Shown here one piece after another: positions 40,732-50,668 of a stretch of DNA of 64,000 nt (positions are counted from its first letter, which is position 1; each line of letters begins with the position of its first letter). Origin of the DNA: an uncultured Chloroflexia bacterium (lineage in GTDB: Bacteria > Chloroflexota > Anaerolineae > Anaerolineales > E44-bin32); contig CAWDZQ010000004.1 of the NCBI GenBank assembly GCA_963807065.1, forward strand, positions 1,415,017 to 1,479,016. Reading direction: 5' to 3'. Under the pieces are notes generated by a model. The model was not told the DNA's origin and ran no database searches. It saw only the letters and a program-made list of their open reading frames with translations. The translations under genes and the position numbers were made by a program.

Positions 40732-41463
40732 ATGAACACACAACGCTCGTTCGAGGGCGATCTCTTCCGCGCCGGGGTTCGCCCCGACGGGACGGGGTTG
40801 CTCCAGGCGCTCCCGGTGCGGGAGCGCCCCGTCCACCGCGTCAGCCACTACGCCAGCGCCTGCAGCCTGGTCGAACTGCTGGCCACCGTCCTGCGCGGCA
40901 GCTCGCAGATCGAAAGCGCCACCGAGCTGCTGCGGCGGTTTGGCTCGCTGGAGCGGCTGGCCAACGCCACCCCCGGCGAGCTGACGACCGTGCCGGGCAT
41001 CGGGCCCGCCCGGGCGGCGGCGGTCAAGGCGGCCGTCGAGCTCGGCCGGCGGATCCTGGCCCCATCGCCGGACGGACGGCCTTCGATCTCCAGCCCCGAG
41101 GACGCCGCTGCCCTCTTGATGCCGATCATGCAGAACCTGGACCAGGAGCATCTGGTCACACTGGTGCTGGACACGCGCAACCGGCTGGTGGGCGAGCCGG
41201 TGGAGATCTACAAGGGCTCGCTCAACACCTCCCTGGTGCGCATCGCCGAGATCTTCCGACCCGCCATCCGGGCCAACGCCGCCGGCATCATCGTCGCCCA
41301 CTGCCATCCCAGCGGCGATCCGACTCCCAGCCCGGAGGACGTCTCCATCACCAAGGCCATCGTCGAAGCCGGCCGGCTGCTGGACATCGACTGCCTGGAC
41401 CACCTCGTCATCGGCCGGGGGAGGTACGTGTCGCTCAAGAGCAAGGGCCTGGGCTTCGACTGA
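40732..41463 (+). CDS. radC: RadC family (HhH + JAB/MPN) protein
   Basis: ELLATVL, VPGIGPARA, LDQEHL, HCHPSGDPTPSPED, LDHLVIG. Confidence 0.93.
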   Translation: MNTQRSFEGDLFRAGVRPDGTGLLQALPVRERPVHRVSHYASACSLVELLATVLRGSSQIESATELLRRFGSLERLANATPGELTTVPGIGPARAAAVKAAVELGRRILAPSPDGRPSISSPEDAAALLMPIMQNLDQEHLVTLVLDTRNRLVGEPVEIYKGSLNTSLVRIAEIFRPAIRANAAGIIVAHCHPSGDPTPSPEDVSITKAIVEAGRLLDIDCLDHLVIGRGRYVSLKSKGLGFD

Positions 41464-41614
41464 AGCGGCACCTGACAGGCCGGGCGCGGACGGGGCGGGG
41501 AGGGATGTAACGGGAGCATAACGGCCGGTGCGGAGACGCCCTTCTAAGATGAAGGCGCCCGTCCGATCTCATCCGGTGAGGGGAGCGGTTGATTTCTCCG
41601 TCGTCGAAAGCGAC

Positions 41615-42727
41615 ATGAACACGATCCCCACCTTCCGCCTGTCGGCTGCGGCCCTGGCGACTGGCCTGCTGCTAGGTTCAGGGATCCAGCGCGCCAGGGC
41701 GGCGCCTCCCCCGCAGTACACCGACGTCGCCTGGCTGATCGAGCACCCGTGCCAGAGCTGGCACCTGCAGGACGACGGATCCGCCCAGCCCGAAGCGCGC
41801 TGTGACGGTGTCTACGCCGGGGATCGGGCGAGCATCAACGTGCCGGCGCCACTTGTCCACGCGCAGCTGCCTGAGCTCGGGCTGGTCGACCTGCCCATCG
41901 TGGTGCAGCTCGGCTGGTCACCGGGGACCTTCGACTACGCCGACAGCGCCCGGCGCACCATCAGCTGGTCCAAGAACCGCATCGAAGGCTACCGGATCGA
42001 GCTGGCTCTCTCCCCCTACGCCGGGCTGCCGACGATCCTTGAGAGCACGGCTCGCCAGGGCAATCTCGCCGTCCACGCCCTCGACGAACGCCTGAGGCTC
42101 TTCAGCCGGGACCGGTACCGGCGAGCTGTGCGCCGCCTCGTCGCTGGACGACCTGCCCGCCAACCTGGGGGGCCTGGAGCTGTGCCCGGCGTCTTCCGTC
42201 GACGCCCGGCTTCCGGGCGGGCTGATCGCCGGGCCGGCGGGCAGCCATGCTCTCCCGCTACAACTGGCAGGGGGCCAATCCCTTCCGCGGCGGGTGGTTC
42301 GCCGGCTGGTCGGAGTGGGCCTCGGTCGGCGGTTCGGGAAGCTACGACGGCCGCCCGGCGTTTCGGCTCGAGGTCGCTACCGGGATGGGCGCTCTTCGCC
42401 CGCGTCCAATGGGACGTCCACTGGCGGCAGCTTAGTCAGACGGAGCAGCACTGCGGCTGGGAGTACTACGGCGAGCCCGGCTGGTACTGGGACTGGGATC
42501 AATGGCCCCCGGTGTGCATCGACGTCACCACCACCACCTGGAAGAAGTACTGCCCGCCCAACAACCCCCAGCCGGGATGCCCCACCATCACCTACGGCGT
42601 GAGCTCGGACTGGTGGCAGCTCATCAACTCCTTCGAAGCCCACACGATCCGCCTTCAGGACGGCGGCTTCGGCCGCTACCTGGACGTGGTCGTGCTGCAG
42701 TCCCAGCCCCTGCTGACCGGCCCCTGA
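41615..42727 (+). CDS. Hypothetical secreted Cys/Trp-rich protein (internal frameshifts)
   Basis: Signal peptide ending ARA-A, and a C-terminus ending VVLQSQPLLTGP. Confidence 0.6.
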   Translation: MNTIPTFRLSAAALATGLLLGSGIQRARAAPPPQYTDVAWLIEHPCQSWHLQDDGSAQPEARCDGVYAGDRASINVPAPLVHAQLPELGLVDLPIVVQLGWSPGTFDYADSARRTISWSKNRIEGYRIELALSPYAGLPTILESTARQGNLAVHALDERLRLFSRDRYRRAVRRLVAGRPARQPGGPGAVPGVFRRRPASGRADRRAGGQPCSPATTGRGPIPSAAGGSPAGRSGPRSAVREATTAARRFGSRSLPGWALFARVQWDVHWRQLSQTEQHCGWEYYGEPGWYWDWDQWPPVCIDVTTTTWKKYCPPNNPQPGCPTITYGVSSDWWQLINSFEAHTIRLQDGGFGRYLDVVVLQSQPLLTGP

Positions 42728-42819
42728 TCTGAAGCTTCTCGCTTGACACCCGGGCCAACGAGTGGCTATCATATAGTCATGAATACATGTAAGTATGACT
42801 TCATGATGAGGAGGTCGAT

Positions 42820-43107
42820 ATGGCTACACCGGCTGTGCGAGTGCAGGAGCGGGGACAGGTGACCATCCCCAAGGACATCCGAGAGAAGCTGGATCTGAAG
42901 AAGGGGGATCTGGTGACCTTCATCGAAACCGAGCAGGGCGTGATCATCCGGCCGGCTGAGATCGTCATGGCGTCGGCGCTGGATGAGATCGGCCGGGCCC
43001 TCAAGGAGCGGGGTATCAGCCTGGAAGAGATGATGGCGCGGGGGCGGGAGATCCGGGGGGAGCTTCTCGAGGCTGACCATGACCTCCCGGCACCCGGGAA
43101 GGCATGA
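42820..43107 (+). CDS. AbrB/MazE-type antitoxin
   Basis: VRVQERGQVTIPKDIREKLDLKKGD. Upstream TTGACA-N18-TATCAT promoter and GAGGAGG. Confidence 0.9.
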   Translation: MATPAVRVQERGQVTIPKDIREKLDLKKGDLVTFIETEQGVIIRPAEIVMASALDEIGRALKERGISLEEMMARGREIRGELLEADHDLPAPGKA

Positions 43108-43532
43108 CGCGGGTCTTCATGGACTCGAGCGTCATCTTCTCTGCCGCGTACTCGGCCCGCGGACACGCGCGTGATCTGCTCATGTCGGCCGTGAAGGGTG
43201 GCGTCGAGCTGGTCGTCAGCCCGACCGTCCTGGAGGAGACGAGGCGCAACCTGTCCGAGAGCGCGCCTCAAACTCTGCCCTTCCTGGAACGGGTGATGGC
43301 AAGTATCGCTCCTGAGATGTCCCGGCCAACCAGGGCGGAGGTGCTTGGGGCCGCCGAACACGTGGCCCTGAAGGACGCCCCCATCGCCGCCGCTGCCAAG
43401 AAGGCGGGCGTTGCGATGCTCGTCACGCTGGACAAAAAGCACCTCCTCGGCCGGCCGGACCTCGCCGGCTACGTCGGCGCGGATATCGTCACCCCGAAGC
43501 AGGCGATGGCGAGGCTCGCCCAGCGGGGCTGA
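43104..43532 (+). CDS. PIN-domain toxin
   Basis: VFMDSSVIFSA, VLEETRRN, KDAPIAAAA, LVTLDKKH. ATGA overlap with the antitoxin. Confidence 0.9.
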   Translation: MTRVFMDSSVIFSAAYSARGHARDLLMSAVKGGVELVVSPTVLEETRRNLSESAPQTLPFLERVMASIAPEMSRPTRAEVLGAAEHVALKDAPIAAAAKKAGVAMLVTLDKKHLLGRPDLAGYVGADIVTPKQAMARLAQRG

Positions 43533-43866
43533 GCCTGAACCACCCCTCCGCCGGCAGTACCCCAGCCTCCGGCCCGGCCCGTCAACCGCCGCCAGGTTTT
43601 CCTGGCCGCTGGGACACAGATACGTCCCCCTAACCCCGTCTTCTCAAGGCAATGCGCACCACCGTCATGCGAGTGTGGGCACCTGGCAGGTCTTCCACAA
43701 CTCAACCAGCACCCCCCTGACACATCCTTACTTGCTCTACCCAACCCCTTCGAACTTGAGCTAACGCCGGCCTAACGGCTGGCACCCGAGAGCGTAATGC
43801 CCGGGCCGGTCCGCGCTTGCTACAAAGGAGCTGACGGCGCCGGCCTGCGCGCCCGAGGAGGGCGAG

Positions 43867-44007
43867 ATGACAGCTTTGGACCTGATTTTCGCCGGGTTGG
43901 CGATCCTGTTTCTGCTGTTGTTCGGCGGGTACGCGTTCAGCCTGCTCAGCTACGCGCTGGGCGACGGCGCCGTCATCCGTGAGCGCTTGAAGCAGGTGAC
44001 CCGGTAA
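43867..44007 (+). CDS. Small single-TM protein (46 aa)
   Basis: RBS GAGGAGG, MTALDLIFAGLAILFLLLFGGYAFSLLSYALG... Confidence 0.55.
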   Translation: MTALDLIFAGLAILFLLLFGGYAFSLLSYALGDGAVIRERLKQVTR

Positions 44008-44164
44008 AGACTGTATGGGGGGTGGCAATGGCGTGCATGGCGGCCGGGGAGGTAGCCTGCCTTCCGCGCACCCCGCTGGTCCGCTCATGCAGCGCACGAC
44101 GAAGCCCATCCGCCGCTGCCCCGGCAGCGGCTTTCTGTTATCCGTCACGCACAGGAGAAGGCCG

Positions 44165-45166
44165 ATGAAGGACGTCCCAATCCGGGGACCCGAGGTGATC
44201 CTGGTGGAAGCTGGGCGCCTGGTCTCCGATCCAGAAAACCCCCGCCGCTTCTATCCCGAAGCGGACCTGCGCGCCATGGCCCAGTCGATCCAGCAGTCGG
44301 GCGGCGTCGACCAGGCGCTGCTCGTCACGCCCATGGACGGAACGGACAGGTACCTGGTGATCGACGGCAACTTCCGGCTGGCGGCAGCCAGGACGCTGGG
44401 CGAGGGCGCGCCGCGCCTGAAGTGCGAGGTGCGCCGGGAGGTAAGCCGCAGGGAGAAGCTGCTCATCATGGCCAGGACCTCGACCCTATGGTTCGCCAAG
44501 GATCCCATCTCCGAGGCCCGGCACTACCGCCGCCTGATCGAAGAGGAAGGCATGAACCAGGCGGAGCTGGCCCGGGAACTCGGCTGCAGCCTGACCAAGA
44601 TCGCCTCCCGCCTCAAGCTCCTCGAGCTGGACACGGCGATCCAGGACCTGGTCGCCGCCGGCCGGCTGCCCAAGATGCCGGAGGTGGTGGAGGCGTTCGC
44701 CCTGGTGACCGACGACGAGGCCCGGCTGAGGCTGGCGCGCGAGCTCGCCCGGCGCAAGGCCTCGGTGCGCTCCGTCGTGCGGGCCTGCCACAGGGTGGCG
44801 GACGAGCTGGGCCGGCGCCGGCTCGAGGCGGCCATCGGATCCGGGCGGCGCCGCGGCCAGCTGCCGAGCCTGGCCATCGCCGAGGCCGTGATGGGGGAGG
44901 CTCTGCCGCCCGGGGAGACCAAGGGCACCCAAGAGCAGATCCGCCAGGCCGCCCGTCAGGCTTGCGGGGCCTGTGACATCAAGCAGGACCTCCTGGATCA
45001 CGTGGCCGAGCCGGCCTGGAGGCTGGTGAAGCGAGCCGCCGGCGAGACCTGCGATCTGTGCAGCCTGAAAGACGTGCTCCGGGCCTGCCACGGCTGCCCG
45101 CTGCCGGAGTTCCTGGTGCGGATGGCCCGGATGGCGGATCGGCAGCAGGAGGAGGGGGGACCATGA
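44165..45166 (+). CDS. ParB/Spo0J-domain protein with C-terminal Cys cluster
   Basis: DPENPRR, VIDGNFRLAA, HTH MNQAELARELG, then CGAC, CDLC, CHGC. Confidence 0.82.
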   Translation: MKDVPIRGPEVILVEAGRLVSDPENPRRFYPEADLRAMAQSIQQSGGVDQALLVTPMDGTDRYLVIDGNFRLAAARTLGEGAPRLKCEVRREVSRREKLLIMARTSTLWFAKDPISEARHYRRLIEEEGMNQAELARELGCSLTKIASRLKLLELDTAIQDLVAAGRLPKMPEVVEAFALVTDDEARLRLARELARRKASVRSVVRACHRVADELGRRRLEAAIGSGRRRGQLPSLAIAEAVMGEALPPGETKGTQEQIRQAARQACGACDIKQDLLDHVAEPAWRLVKRAAGETCDLCSLKDVLRACHGCPLPEFLVRMARMADRQQEEGGP

Positions 45167-46422
45167 GCGGCGGACCGGAGCTTGAGGCGCTGATCGACGC
45201 CGCCGTCACGGCGGCCGAGCTCGAATCGGGTGTGCCGCCTTCGATCGCCGTCAGCCGCTCCAGGCTGAATCCGGCCGAAATCGAAACCAGCCTGGACGAG
45301 GCGCAGGCGGCGGGGCTGGCGCGGCCCAATCTGGGCCGCTGGACCCCGGAGGAGGAAGCCTTCGTCCGGGATCGCCTGGGGAAGATGAGCCTGGAGGCGA
45401 TCGCTACCGCCATCGGGCGGACCGAAGCGGCGGTCAAGGTCCGTTTCACGCGCAAGGGGTGGGCGGCGCCGAGCAAACGCCAGGGTGAGCTGGTGGCCCG
45501 CGACGTGGCCCGGCGGCTGGGGAAGTGCGGCAAGGCGATCAAGGCGCTCATCGAGCGGGGAGTCCTCCCCGGGCGCGTGATCCCTGGAAAGCGGGGCATC
45601 CACGTCGTCAGGCAGGTCACCTTCTACCGCTGGGCCGTCAACCCGCAGAACTGGATCTACTTCAACCCCGGGCGCGTCCGTGACGCGAAGCTGAGCCGCC
45701 TGATCGAGCTGAAGCGCCGGCGCTGGGGGGACGAGTGGCTGACGACCGGGCAGGTCGCCCGGCTGCGAGGGCTCCCGGGTGGCTCCAACGACGTCACGCG
45801 CCAGATCTACGCCGGCAAACTGCCGGCGGTGAAGTACCAGTTCTGGCGCGTGCGGCGCTCGGCCGCCGAGGCCTACCGCTTTCCCGAAGGCCGGGGCTCG
45901 GCCAGCCGGACTCGAGTGGTCGGAGTCGGCCGACGCCTTCCTGGTGCTGTGCGCCGCGGTCGGCGTGCCGCAAAAGACCATCGTCGGGCTGATGAAGTGG
46001 CCGCGCTGGCGGCCGGGATATCGGCTGGGACTGCTCAGGGACGAGGGACGCCTCGAATCCATCGCCGAACAGTCCGGGGGAAGGATAGGGACCAGACGAT
46101 CATCAGCCGGGGAGGTCCTGCTGTTCGCCGACTGGCGCAGCGCGATGGACCGCTTCCCCGGGCTGCGCCGCGCCGCCTTGCGCTTGAGGCGCGGCCAGCA
46201 AGCTGAGCTCCGAGGACCTGCGCTGGCTTAGGGGGGTCCTGCGAGCCTGGGCCGCCTGGCACGCCGGGGACGACCCCGATCGCCGGCGGGTGGTCGGCTG
46301 TCTGCGGGCCGCCGGGCGCGACGGCGAGGCCCGTCTCCGTAAAATGTGGCGGGAGGTCCAGGGCTGGGGTGTGGATCCGTTCGACGTCGATGAGGGCGGC
46401 GAGCGGTCCGTCGGCGAAGTGA
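45163..46422 (+). CDS. Hypothetical multi-HTH DNA-binding protein (frameshifted)
   Basis: RWTPEEEAFV..SLEAIATAIGRT and WLTTGQVARL motifs. ATGA-coupled to the ParB-like gene. Confidence 0.55.
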
Positions 46423-46684
46423 GGCAGCCCGGAGGCTGATGCTCTAAGCCGAAGTTCACAACAAAAACAACTCGCCCAGAGATAGCACGATAGGGCGCAC
46501 GCCGCGGGACGAACGATGTCCGGCGGCGTTTGGCATTGGGCCGGAGAGGTGAGAGAGGCGATGAAGAACGAAGATGTGCTGGAGGTGCTCCAGCGCCGCT
46601 TTGGCGCGCTGGCGGAGAAGCTGGAAGAAGAGAGCATGGCCTGCTCGATGGCGGCGATCGACGTGGAAGGTCGGTGAACGCCAG

Positions 46685-47154
46685 GTGCCGGCGCTGATCG
46701 TCAAGGCAGGGCCGCAGGCGGTTCTGGGGCGTCCGCTGGTGCGGGGTCAGGTCCTGGGGATCGAGACCTCGGAATGCCCGGTTCTGGCTTTGGGCCTGAG
46801 CGTTCCCCGGCCAGGTCGGAGCGCTGGCGGGTTGGACACTGGGCCTGGATCCCGATGCACACGGCGGAGCAGCGCAGGCTGCTTGAGGCGCTGGCCGCCG
46901 CCCCCGCCTGGCTGGTGATCATCTTCAGCGGGGCGGCCATCAGCCGGGCGCTCCTGGTGCGCCTGGACGACGTCGGCCGGGCCCGCTGCCGCCAGCTGAA
47001 ACGGGTGATCGAAAGCTATCCCACCCATCCCGAGGCGGAGGCGCAGCGGGCGATCGACGCCGCGCAGGCGGCCACGGCGGGCGCGCTCGGTGAAGGCTGG
47101 GCGCTGGAAACGGTGCGCGACTTGGGTCCGGATCAAGGCCAGGGGGAGGCGTAG
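46685..47154 (+). CDS. Hypothetical protein (frameshift)
   Basis: VPALIVKAGPQ...GIETSECPVLAL joins ...HWAWIPMHTAEQRRLLEAL. Confidence 0.45.
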
Positions 47155-47166
47155 GGCAGGGGGCGA

Positions 47167-47200
47167 GAGGGAAACGCCCGGTCGGAAGGGCGTTTCCCTC
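47167..47200. repeat. Perfect 13-bp inverted repeat upstream of the yhaM-like gene
   Basis: GAGGGAAACGCCC-GGTCGGAA-GGGCGTTTCCCTC. Confidence 0.7.
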
Positions 47201-47224
47201 ACCTTATGTGAGGGAGCGATACAG

Positions 47225-48264
47225 ATGGAAACCAATGGCAACGGCGCCATGGCCGACAAGGGGCCGTGGGTGGCCGAGCTCGAGGAGGGCAGGGCGTTCA
47301 TCGGCTACTACATCGCCCGCAATCCGCGGCTGGACTCCTTTCGGGACCCGGCGCGGGGCAAGTACCTTCAGGCTGCAGCTGGTGGACAGGACGGGGGCCA
47401 TCGAGGCGCGCATGTGGGAGGGGGCTGAAGACGTCGCCCAGGAGGTCAAAGGGGGAAGTCCGATCAAGGTCGCCGCCATCGTCGAGCGCTTTCGGGAGCA
47501 GCGGCAGGTCAGGATCTCGCGGCTGCGTGCCGCCGGCGATGAGGAAATCAGCCGGGCGGACATGATGCCCACCACCGATCGCGACGTGGAGGTCATGAAG
47601 AGTGTGATCCGGGAGGCGGTCGAGGGCATCCAGGATGAGCATCTGTCCCGGCTGGTTCGCTGCTTCTACGATGACCCGGCGTGGGCCGAGAGGTTCGAGT
47701 CGGCCCCGGCGGCGCGCCGGATCCACCACGCGTACCTGGCCGGCATGCTGGAGCATGTGTACGAGCTGCTGGTGCTGGCCCGGCCCCTGCTGGAGCTGTA
47801 TCCGGAGATACGGCGGGACCTGTTCATCGCCGGCATTCTGCTTGCACGACATCGGCAAACTGGAGGAGCTCACCTGGGGTTGGGAGGCGGACTACACCGA
47901 CGAAGGCCATCTGCTGGGCCACATCGTTTTGGGCGAGAGGCGGGTCAGCCGCGCCATACAATCGATCGATCGCTTCCCAGACCAGCTGGCGCTGGAGGTG
48001 CTGCACCTGGTGATTTCGCATCATGGGCGGCACGAGTGGGGATCGCCCCGGCGGCCGAAGTCCATCGAAGCGGTGGCACTGCACTACCTGGACAACCTGG
48101 ACGCGCAGGTCAACCGCCTGAAGCTGCTGACGAGGGACGCAAGGGCGACCGGTGAAAGATGGACGAGCTACGACAGGATGCTGGGGAGGAGTTTGTACGT
48201 GGGGAATGGTTTGGCCCCAAATGGGAGAGGCGTGGGTCCACACGTCTTGGAGGGGGAGGTGTAG
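47225..48264 (+). CDS. YhaM/Cbf-like OB-fold + HD-domain 3'-5' exonuclease (two frameshifts)
   Basis: L.DRTGAIEARMWE, APAARRIHHAYLAGMLEH, LHDIGK, GHLLGHIV, SHHGRHEWGSP, LHYLDNLDA. Confidence 0.88.
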
Positions 48265-48617
48265 GGCTTGTCAGGGGGGGAGACTGGTCCTGGAGAGGTT
48301 GCAGACTCCCCGGGTCGACGGCGGAGCTGGGCGAAGACGAGCAGGGCAGCCACGTCGGGGTGGCTGCCCTGCTCACGCGTTCGGATTATGGGTCCTCAAT
48401 GAAGGGTTCGCCAAGTCTTGCAGCCTGACTCCAGGGGTGCCTTTCCTTGGGCAGGGGCCCCTTCGCCCATGCACACTCATAGTTCGTTTTCATTTAACGT
48501 GCATGAGGCAGGGCTGTGACCGGCCGATGGGCGGCGAATCCTTGACCGGGCTGGCGATCACTTCTAGAATGGGCGGCATATGGGGAACCGAGCTCTTTGA
48601 GCGAAGTTCCGCCAACG

Positions 48618-48653
48618 CCCCGGGTGTGCCCCCCTCACATCCGGGGTTCTTTT
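48618..48653 (+). terminator. Rho-independent terminator-like hairpin abutting the tRNA fragment
   Basis: CCCCGGGTGTG/CACATCCGGGG stem followed by TTCTTTT. Confidence 0.65.
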
Positions 48654-48692
48654 AATCCGTAGGTTGCAGGTTCGAGTCTGCTGGGGGCGCCA
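48649..48692 (+). tRNA. 3' half of tRNA-Lys(UUU), probable att direct repeat
   Basis: CT-TTT-AA anticodon loop, TCCGT, AGGTT, GCAGG-TTCGAGT-CTGC T-arm (one C short) and TGGGGGCG-CCA. No D-arm or 5' acceptor strand upstream. Confidence 0.8.
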
Positions 48693-49838
48693 CAGAATCC
48701 AGCAATTCCCAAAAATGTCGGCAAACCGTGGCGGAAGAAATCGCTCTCTTCCCCTCTACCACCGCCGGTCGGAAGCGATTGGCTGCCGCGGCCACGACCC
48801 TCACATTCTGGATCTCATCTGGCAGCGCCAACGGATGGCGCAGAAGGTGGGTTCAGATTTGGCACGTTCTCGATTGTCCGAAACATGACTAGAGCATGCA
48901 ACTGCCAGATTTGGTCGAAGTCGGCGTGTAATACACCCTCAGGACCCTCTACTACGTGCACCAAGAATGTGTCGGACCCAAAGGGGATCGTTCGAAGCGG
49001 GCAAGCTGCTGGGCGGGGACAATCCCGATAACTTGGCGGTTGAGAAGGACAGGTTCTTGTCGCTAAATGGAACGGGATTCTGCTTCTGAACTTGGACAGC
49101 AAAGTGCTCAAGAACGGAGTGAGCGACTAGAGCCCTGGCTCCTTGCCTGGGCTGCCCCTTGCCTGTGGCACATGTCGAAAGTCTGGTGGACTGCTATGGG
49201 CTCGAAGCTAACCGTGACTACCGTCGCCCTCTGAACTATGCCGTGTCGCCACTGATCAGGGCAAAGGCTAAGATGCTGCATGACTTGGATGGAATATTGA
49301 GTTGCGATCTGGCGGTCAGCAAATGAGTTCTCGCCGGTTGGCCAGCACGGAACGGCCGCTCGGGAGGGGAATTATACTGGCCATTGTCATGGCTGATCTT
49401 CGGATTTTCTTCTTTCCACGAGACAAGCTAGAATAGCCTTGCGTAAACGTTGAATTAGGTGCCCCATGGGAATTGCTGCAGGTCATTCTCTCTGGTGAGG
49501 GAGAAGAAAGAAAGTGGGTCACGAAGGAAAGCCGCAAAAGTGCAAGCCGCGAACAATCGATCTGGGATAAGACCGTTCCGCGAATAAATCGGTATCCGGG
49601 GGATGGAGATCCAGTCGTCTTTAAGCCTTTGGAAGGGGGACGATCCAGCTGCTCCGAAGGTGGTTGAGTTGTTCTCTGGCGCGGGGTACATCGGTCGGCT
49701 TCGGAGTCCTCGGTAGGTATTCCATGTGGTTCTCGGAAGTGACCATCATGCTCCATCCGTTGAAAGCTACAGGCACTATCACAGAGGGGCACTGCCGTGC
49801 TTGCTGACGGAGGACCCTGATCTGTACTGACAAGGGGG

Positions 49839-50651
49839 ATGCACACCGAGCAGCTTCGCGGCCGCTCGCAGCAGGTGTTCTACGATCTCGACCCAACGAC
49901 GCCCACACCGGCTTCTCGCTTCCCAATGCCTTTGATGTCGATTTCAACAAGCGTGCCGAGATCGACGCCAGCAAGATGCCCCCGAGCGCCGTCAATGGCC
50001 GCATCAGGGACCTGATGGCGGACGGCTACGGCACGATCGTCATCAAGAATCCCGCGCCAAGCATTCGATCGGCGTCGGCATCCTCAACCGGCTCAACCTG
50101 ACGATCGACGGCAGCCTCGGCTATTTCGGCGTCGGCCTGATCGACGGTCCCAACGTGCGCATCGCCGGCCGGGTCGGCTGGTCCTGCGCCGAGAACATGA
50201 TGGCGGGCACGATTCTGATCGAGAAGAACGCCGGCTCGCACCTTCGGCGCGGCGATCCGCGGCGGCGACCTCGTCTGCAAGGGCGACGTCGGCTCGCGCA
50301 CCGGCATCGACATGAAGGGCGGCACGATCATCGTCGGCGGCGGCACCGGCGCCTTCACCGGCTTCATGATGCAGCGCGGCCGCATGGTGATCTGCGGCGA
50401 TGCCGGCAAGAACCTCGGCGACTCCATGTACGACGGCACGATCTATATCGGCGGCAAGACGGCGAGCCTGGGCGTCGACGCCGTGTGGGCCGAGATGACC
50501 GACCTCGACCGCCAATGGCTCGAGCGCAAGCTGCGCCTGTACGACATGGATGCCCAAGACGGCATCGACAACATGCCCAAGATCGTCGGCCGGCAAGCAG
50601 CTGTGGAACTACGACAATCTCGAGCCGACGGAGAAGAAGCTCGTCCTCTAG
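49839..50651 (+). CDS. glxC: GXGXG glutamate-synthase-like subunit (GlxC/MgsB), frameshifted, N-terminus probably truncated
   Basis: GSLGYFG, GRVGWSCAENMMAG, RTGIDMKGGTIIVGG, FMMQRGRMVICGDAG.NLGDSMYDG. Confidence 0.82.
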
Positions 50652-50668
50652 CGATTGGGAGCGACGCC

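Noticed and set aside
48649-48692. Complete functional tRNA gene
   Set aside because: Only the anticodon loop to CCA is present. The upstream sequence is a terminator-like hairpin, not a D-arm or acceptor strand.
48700-49830. Short ORFs right of the tRNA fragment
   Set aside because: No recognisable motifs and fragmented frames, so no product can be supported.
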